A DNA stretch of 18,198 nucleotides from Sandaracinaceae bacterium. GTDB lineage: Bacteria > Myxococcota_A > Polyangia > Polyangiales > Sandaracinaceae. A program made the translations under genes and the position numbers. This document shows positions 15,195 to 18,198 of the stretch, in pieces. Under the pieces are notes generated by a model. The model searched no databases. It was given only the letters and a program-made list of their open reading frames with translations, and was not told the DNA's origin. The stretch spans positions 1-18,198 of the forward strand of contig JBGAQA010000118.1 in the NCBI GenBank assembly GCA_044220955.1, in the 5' to 3' direction. Every line of letters begins with the position of its first letter. The stretch's first letter is position 1.

Positions 15195-17771
15195 TCAGAG
15201 GGCGCTGACGAGGACCTCGCGGCGGCCGCCCGCCTTGGCGCTGCTCGGGCCGACGACGCCCTCCTTCTCCATCTGCTCGACGAGCTTGGCGGCCTTGTTG
15301 TAGCCGACGCCGAGCTGGCGCTGCAGGTGCGAGATGGAGCAGTAGCCGGCCGTGACCACCGCCGCGACGGCCTTGTCGTAGAGCGGGTCGTCGCTCGCCG
15401 CGCCGCCGCCCGCGCCCTCGCCCTCGCCCTCTTCGTCGTCGCGCGGAGCGACGATGCGCTCGTCGTAGATCGGCTTGCCCTGCGTGCGCAGGTGGTCGGT
15501 GATCACCTGGACCTCGTGCTCGCCGATGTAGGCCGAGTGCACGCGCTTGAGGTCGCTCGCGCCCGGCGGCAGCATGAGCATGTCGCCCGCGCCGAGGAGC
15601 TGCTCGGCGCCGTTCTGGTTGATGATCGTCTGGCTGTCCTGGCGCTGGCTCACCTTGAAGGCGATGCGCGCCGGGAAGTTCGCCTTGATCATGCCTGTGA
15701 TGACGTCGACGCTCGGGCGCTGCGTGGCGAGGATCACGTGGATGCCCGCCGCGCGCGCCTTCTGCGCGAGGCGCGCGATCGCCGCCTCCACGTCCTTGGC
15801 CGCGACCATCATCAGATCCGCGAACTCGTCCACGACGACCACGATGTAGGGAAGCTTCGTCGGCATCGGGAGCGCATCGGGCGCCTCGTCGTCCGACGGA
15901 TTCAACAAGACGTCCTCGCCGTCGACGCCGCGCGCGATCTGCTTGCCCGCCTTCTTCGGCGTGAGCTTCTCGACCGCGAGCTCGCCCGCGAGCACCTTCT
16001 CGACGCGCTCGTTGTACGTGATGATGTTGCGCGCGCCCGCCTCCGCGAACATCTGGTAGCGGCGCTCCATCTCGTCGACGGCCCAGCGGAGCGCGAGCGA
16101 GGCCTTCTTCATGTCGGTGACGACCGGCAGCAGCATGTGCGGGATCGCGTCGAACACCGCGAGCTCGACCACCTTCGGGTCGATCATCAGCATGCGCACC
16201 TCGTCGGGCGTGCGCTTCATCAGGAGCGAGGTGAGCATCACGTTGAGGCCGACGCTCTTGCCCGCGCCCGTCGCGCCGGCGACGAGCAGGTGCGGCATCT
16301 TCGCGAGGTCGCCGTACACGGGCTTGCCGGCGATGTCCTTGCCGAACGCGACGGGCAGCGCGGCGTTGCTCTCGGCCCAGCCGGGGCTCTCGAGGATCTC
16401 TCGCAGCGAGACCATCTGCCGGTGCTTGTTCGGCAGCTCGAAGCCGACGCGCTCCTTGCCGGGGATCGGCGCGACGATGCGGACCTTCTGCGCGGCGAGC
16501 GCCATGGCGAGGTCGTTGCCGAGCGCCTGGATGCGCGAGATCTTGGTGCCCGCGACCGGCTCGAACTCGTACATCGTGACGACGGGACCGGGGTGGATCT
16601 CGTCGACACGGCCCCTCACGCCGTAGCTCTCGAGCTTCTGCACGAGCTTCTCGGCGTTGTCGCGCAGGAGCTTGGCGTCGATGATCAGCTCGCCGGGCGG
16701 CGGCGGATCGAGCAGGCCCGTCGGCGGCAGGACGAACTCGCCGCGCTTGGGCGGCGGCGGCGGCTCCATCTTCACGACGGTGGGCTCGGCGTTCTTCACG
16801 GGCGCGACGATCACGGGCGCCTTGCTCGGCTTGGGGGCCCGCGCCTTCGGCGGCTCGGACGCGGGCTGGCCGAGCTTGGCAGGGGCGTCGTCGAGGTCGA
16901 CCGCGGGCTCGGGCACGGGAGTGGGCGCAGGCGCGGCGTCGAGGGCGGCCGCGGGCGCCGCCTCCTTCTTCTTCGCGCGCTTGGCGGGCTCGCTGGGCGG
17001 CAGATCCACGGGCGTGTCGCGCGTGTCGACCATCGACTCCGGCGGCGCTGCGACGACCTCGCCCGCGCTCGTGACGATCCGCGGCTGGTTCCGCGCCGCC
17101 TCCTCCTCGCGCTCCTTGCGCTCGATCTCGCGCGCCTCGCGGAAGGCGTCGAAGAGCGAGCGCGCCCACGTCATCGCCTTGCGCGCGCCGTTCGTCACGA
17201 CCTCGACGAGGCGCTTGTACGTCCCGACGATCGAGAGCGACGTGCGGAGAACGATCGTGAGGAGGAGCACCGTCGTACAGACCACGAAGGCGCCGACCAG
17301 GCCGAGCAGCCCGCGGAGCACCTCGCCGAGCACCTCGCCGATCACGCCACCCGGCAGGTGGCCGCCGAGGACCGCCTGATCCGGCATCGCCAGATGAAGC
17401 ATCGCGCAGCCGACGAGCACCACGACCAGCACCGACGCGAGCCGGCCGGCGCCGATCGGCCGCACGTGCTTGCCGAAGAGGCGCACCGCGAGCAGCCCGA
17501 GCTCCATCGGGACGACCCAGGCCGCGATCCCGAACGCCGAGGCGAGCACGCCTGCGATCCACACGCCGAGCGCCCCGATCCAGTCGTCGCCGCCGCGCGC
17601 GTCGTAGGACGCGATGGAGAGGGCCGAGAGGACGGTCAGACAGAGGGCGATCAGCCCCAGGATCTCGTGCCGGCGCGGCGAGTCGTCGAGCGTGGTGTCG
17701 CCCGCGGGGACGGGCTCGTCCTCGTCGAAAGTGGCTGCCGATGCTGCGTTCTTGCGGGCCAAACGAGACAC
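15195..17771 (-). CDS. ftsK: DNA translocase FtsK
   Basis: N-terminal TM helices, Pro/Ala/Lys linker, GPVVTMYE, Walker A GATGAGKS, IDPK, VDEFADLMM, RAAGIHVILATQRPSVDVITG, gamma domain LQRQLGVGYNKAA; alternative TTG start at 17762 fits GGAGG (17773-17777) better. Confidence 0.96.
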   Translation of the reverse strand: MSRLARKNAASAATFDEDEPVPAGDTTLDDSPRRHEILGLIALCLTVLSALSIASYDARGGDDWIGALGVWIAGVLASAFGIAAWVVPMELGLLAVRLFGKHVRPIGAGRLASVLVVVLVGCAMLHLAMPDQAVLGGHLPGGVIGEVLGEVLRGLLGLVGAFVVCTTVLLLTIVLRTSLSIVGTYKRLVEVVTNGARKAMTWARSLFDAFREAREIERKEREEEAARNQPRIVTSAGEVVAAPPESMVDTRDTPVDLPPSEPAKRAKKKEAAPAAALDAAPAPTPVPEPAVDLDDAPAKLGQPASEPPKARAPKPSKAPVIVAPVKNAEPTVVKMEPPPPPKRGEFVLPPTGLLDPPPPGELIIDAKLLRDNAEKLVQKLESYGVRGRVDEIHPGPVVTMYEFEPVAGTKISRIQALGNDLAMALAAQKVRIVAPIPGKERVGFELPNKHRQMVSLREILESPGWAESNAALPVAFGKDIAGKPVYGDLAKMPHLLVAGATGAGKSVGLNVMLTSLLMKRTPDEVRMLMIDPKVVELAVFDAIPHMLLPVVTDMKKASLALRWAVDEMERRYQMFAEAGARNIITYNERVEKVLAGELAVEKLTPKKAGKQIARGVDGEDVLLNPSDDEAPDALPMPTKLPYIVVVVDEFADLMMVAAKDVEAAIARLAQKARAAGIHVILATQRPSVDVITGMIKANFPARIAFKVSQRQDSQTIINQNGAEQLLGAGDMLMLPPGASDLKRVHSAYIGEHEVQVITDHLRTQGKPIYDERIVAPRDDEEGEGEGAGGGAASDDPLYDKAVAAVVTAGYCSISHLQRQLGVGYNKAAKLVEQMEKEGVVGPSSAKAGGRREVLVSAL

Positions 17772-17887
17772 GCCTCCGTGGGGGTGACGATCGGGCGGCA
17801 GGACGGAACGGTCAAAGTTTCCGCATCCGGGGCCGTCGAACCGTCATGCCGTGCCCCGCGGGCCCCTTCGGGATACGATGCGCGCGC

Positions 17888-18198
17888 ATGTCGGGCCGCG
17901 TCCTCGTCCTCGCCTCGCTGCTGCTCGCGGTGCCCCCCGTCGCCGCCGCGCGCGCCTACGCTCGGGCCGGCGGGCGCCGCGTCCTCTTCGCCTGCGGTCA
18001 GGCGCGCTGCGAGGTCCGGGCCCGGGCCGCGGCGCGTATCGTGGGTATCGGGCCGCTGGGCGCGTCCGCGCACATCGCCAAGGTGGGTGACTTCAGCCAA
18101 TTTGCCAGCGCCAAGCAATTCGCCGCCTGGGAGGGTTTGGTACCGCGCCAAAAATCCAGCGGCGGCAAGATCAGCCTGGGCGCGATCACCAAGCGCGG
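17888..18198 (+). CDS. partial ORF, open at the window end: signal-peptide-like N-terminus in frame with an IS110 transposase C-terminal domain
   Basis: Own translation: MSGRVLVLASLLLAVPPVAAARAYARAGGRRVLFACGQARCEVRARAAAR-IVGIGPLGASAHIAKVGDFSQFASAKQFAAWEGLVPRQKSSGGKISLGAITKR; no stop, so absent from the ORF track. Confidence 0.55.
   Translation, partial: MSGRVLVLASLLLAVPPVAAARAYARAGGRRVLFACGQARCEVRARAAARIVGIGPLGASAHIAKVGDFSQFASAKQFAAWEGLVPRQKSSGGKISLGAITKR
18038..18198 (+). mobile_element. IS110-family (IS116/IS110/IS902, Transposase_20 domain) transposase fragment
   Basis: I.GIGP..ASA..A.VGD...F.S.KQFAAW.GLVPRQ.SSGGK..LG.ITKR matches the IS110 Tnp-domain consensus; codon usage shifts (caa, ttt, ggt, ttg, gta, aaa) relative to flanking genes. 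Confidence 0.85.

Overview
Very GC-rich bacterial DNA whose gene content suggests Myxococcota, probably Polyangiales/Sandaracinus-like (inferred from Cys-rich lipoproteins with DA-rich linkers, a Ser/Thr kinase-ATPase-TPR protein and eukaryote-like lipid enzymes). From left to right: two minus-strand lipoproteins; a plus-strand peroxisome-like beta-oxidation pair (an MFE-2-type SDR + hydratase-2 enzyme with four SCP2 domains, and an SCPx-type thiolase) split by an RHH-antitoxin/PemK-MazF toxin module; a small STAS/SEC14-like protein; an SDR translationally coupled to an Slp-like lipoprotein; a GST-family protein; a large Ser/Thr kinase-ATPase-TPR protein; and ftsK. At the right edge is an ORF missing from the ORF track, in which a signal-peptide-like N-terminus runs in frame into an IS110-family transposase C-terminal domain. 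Other points of note are recurrent TAnnnT boxes 6-9 nt upstream of start codons (likely leaderless transcripts) and REP/BoxC-like palindromes. All calls come from motif recognition by eye; no database search was run.
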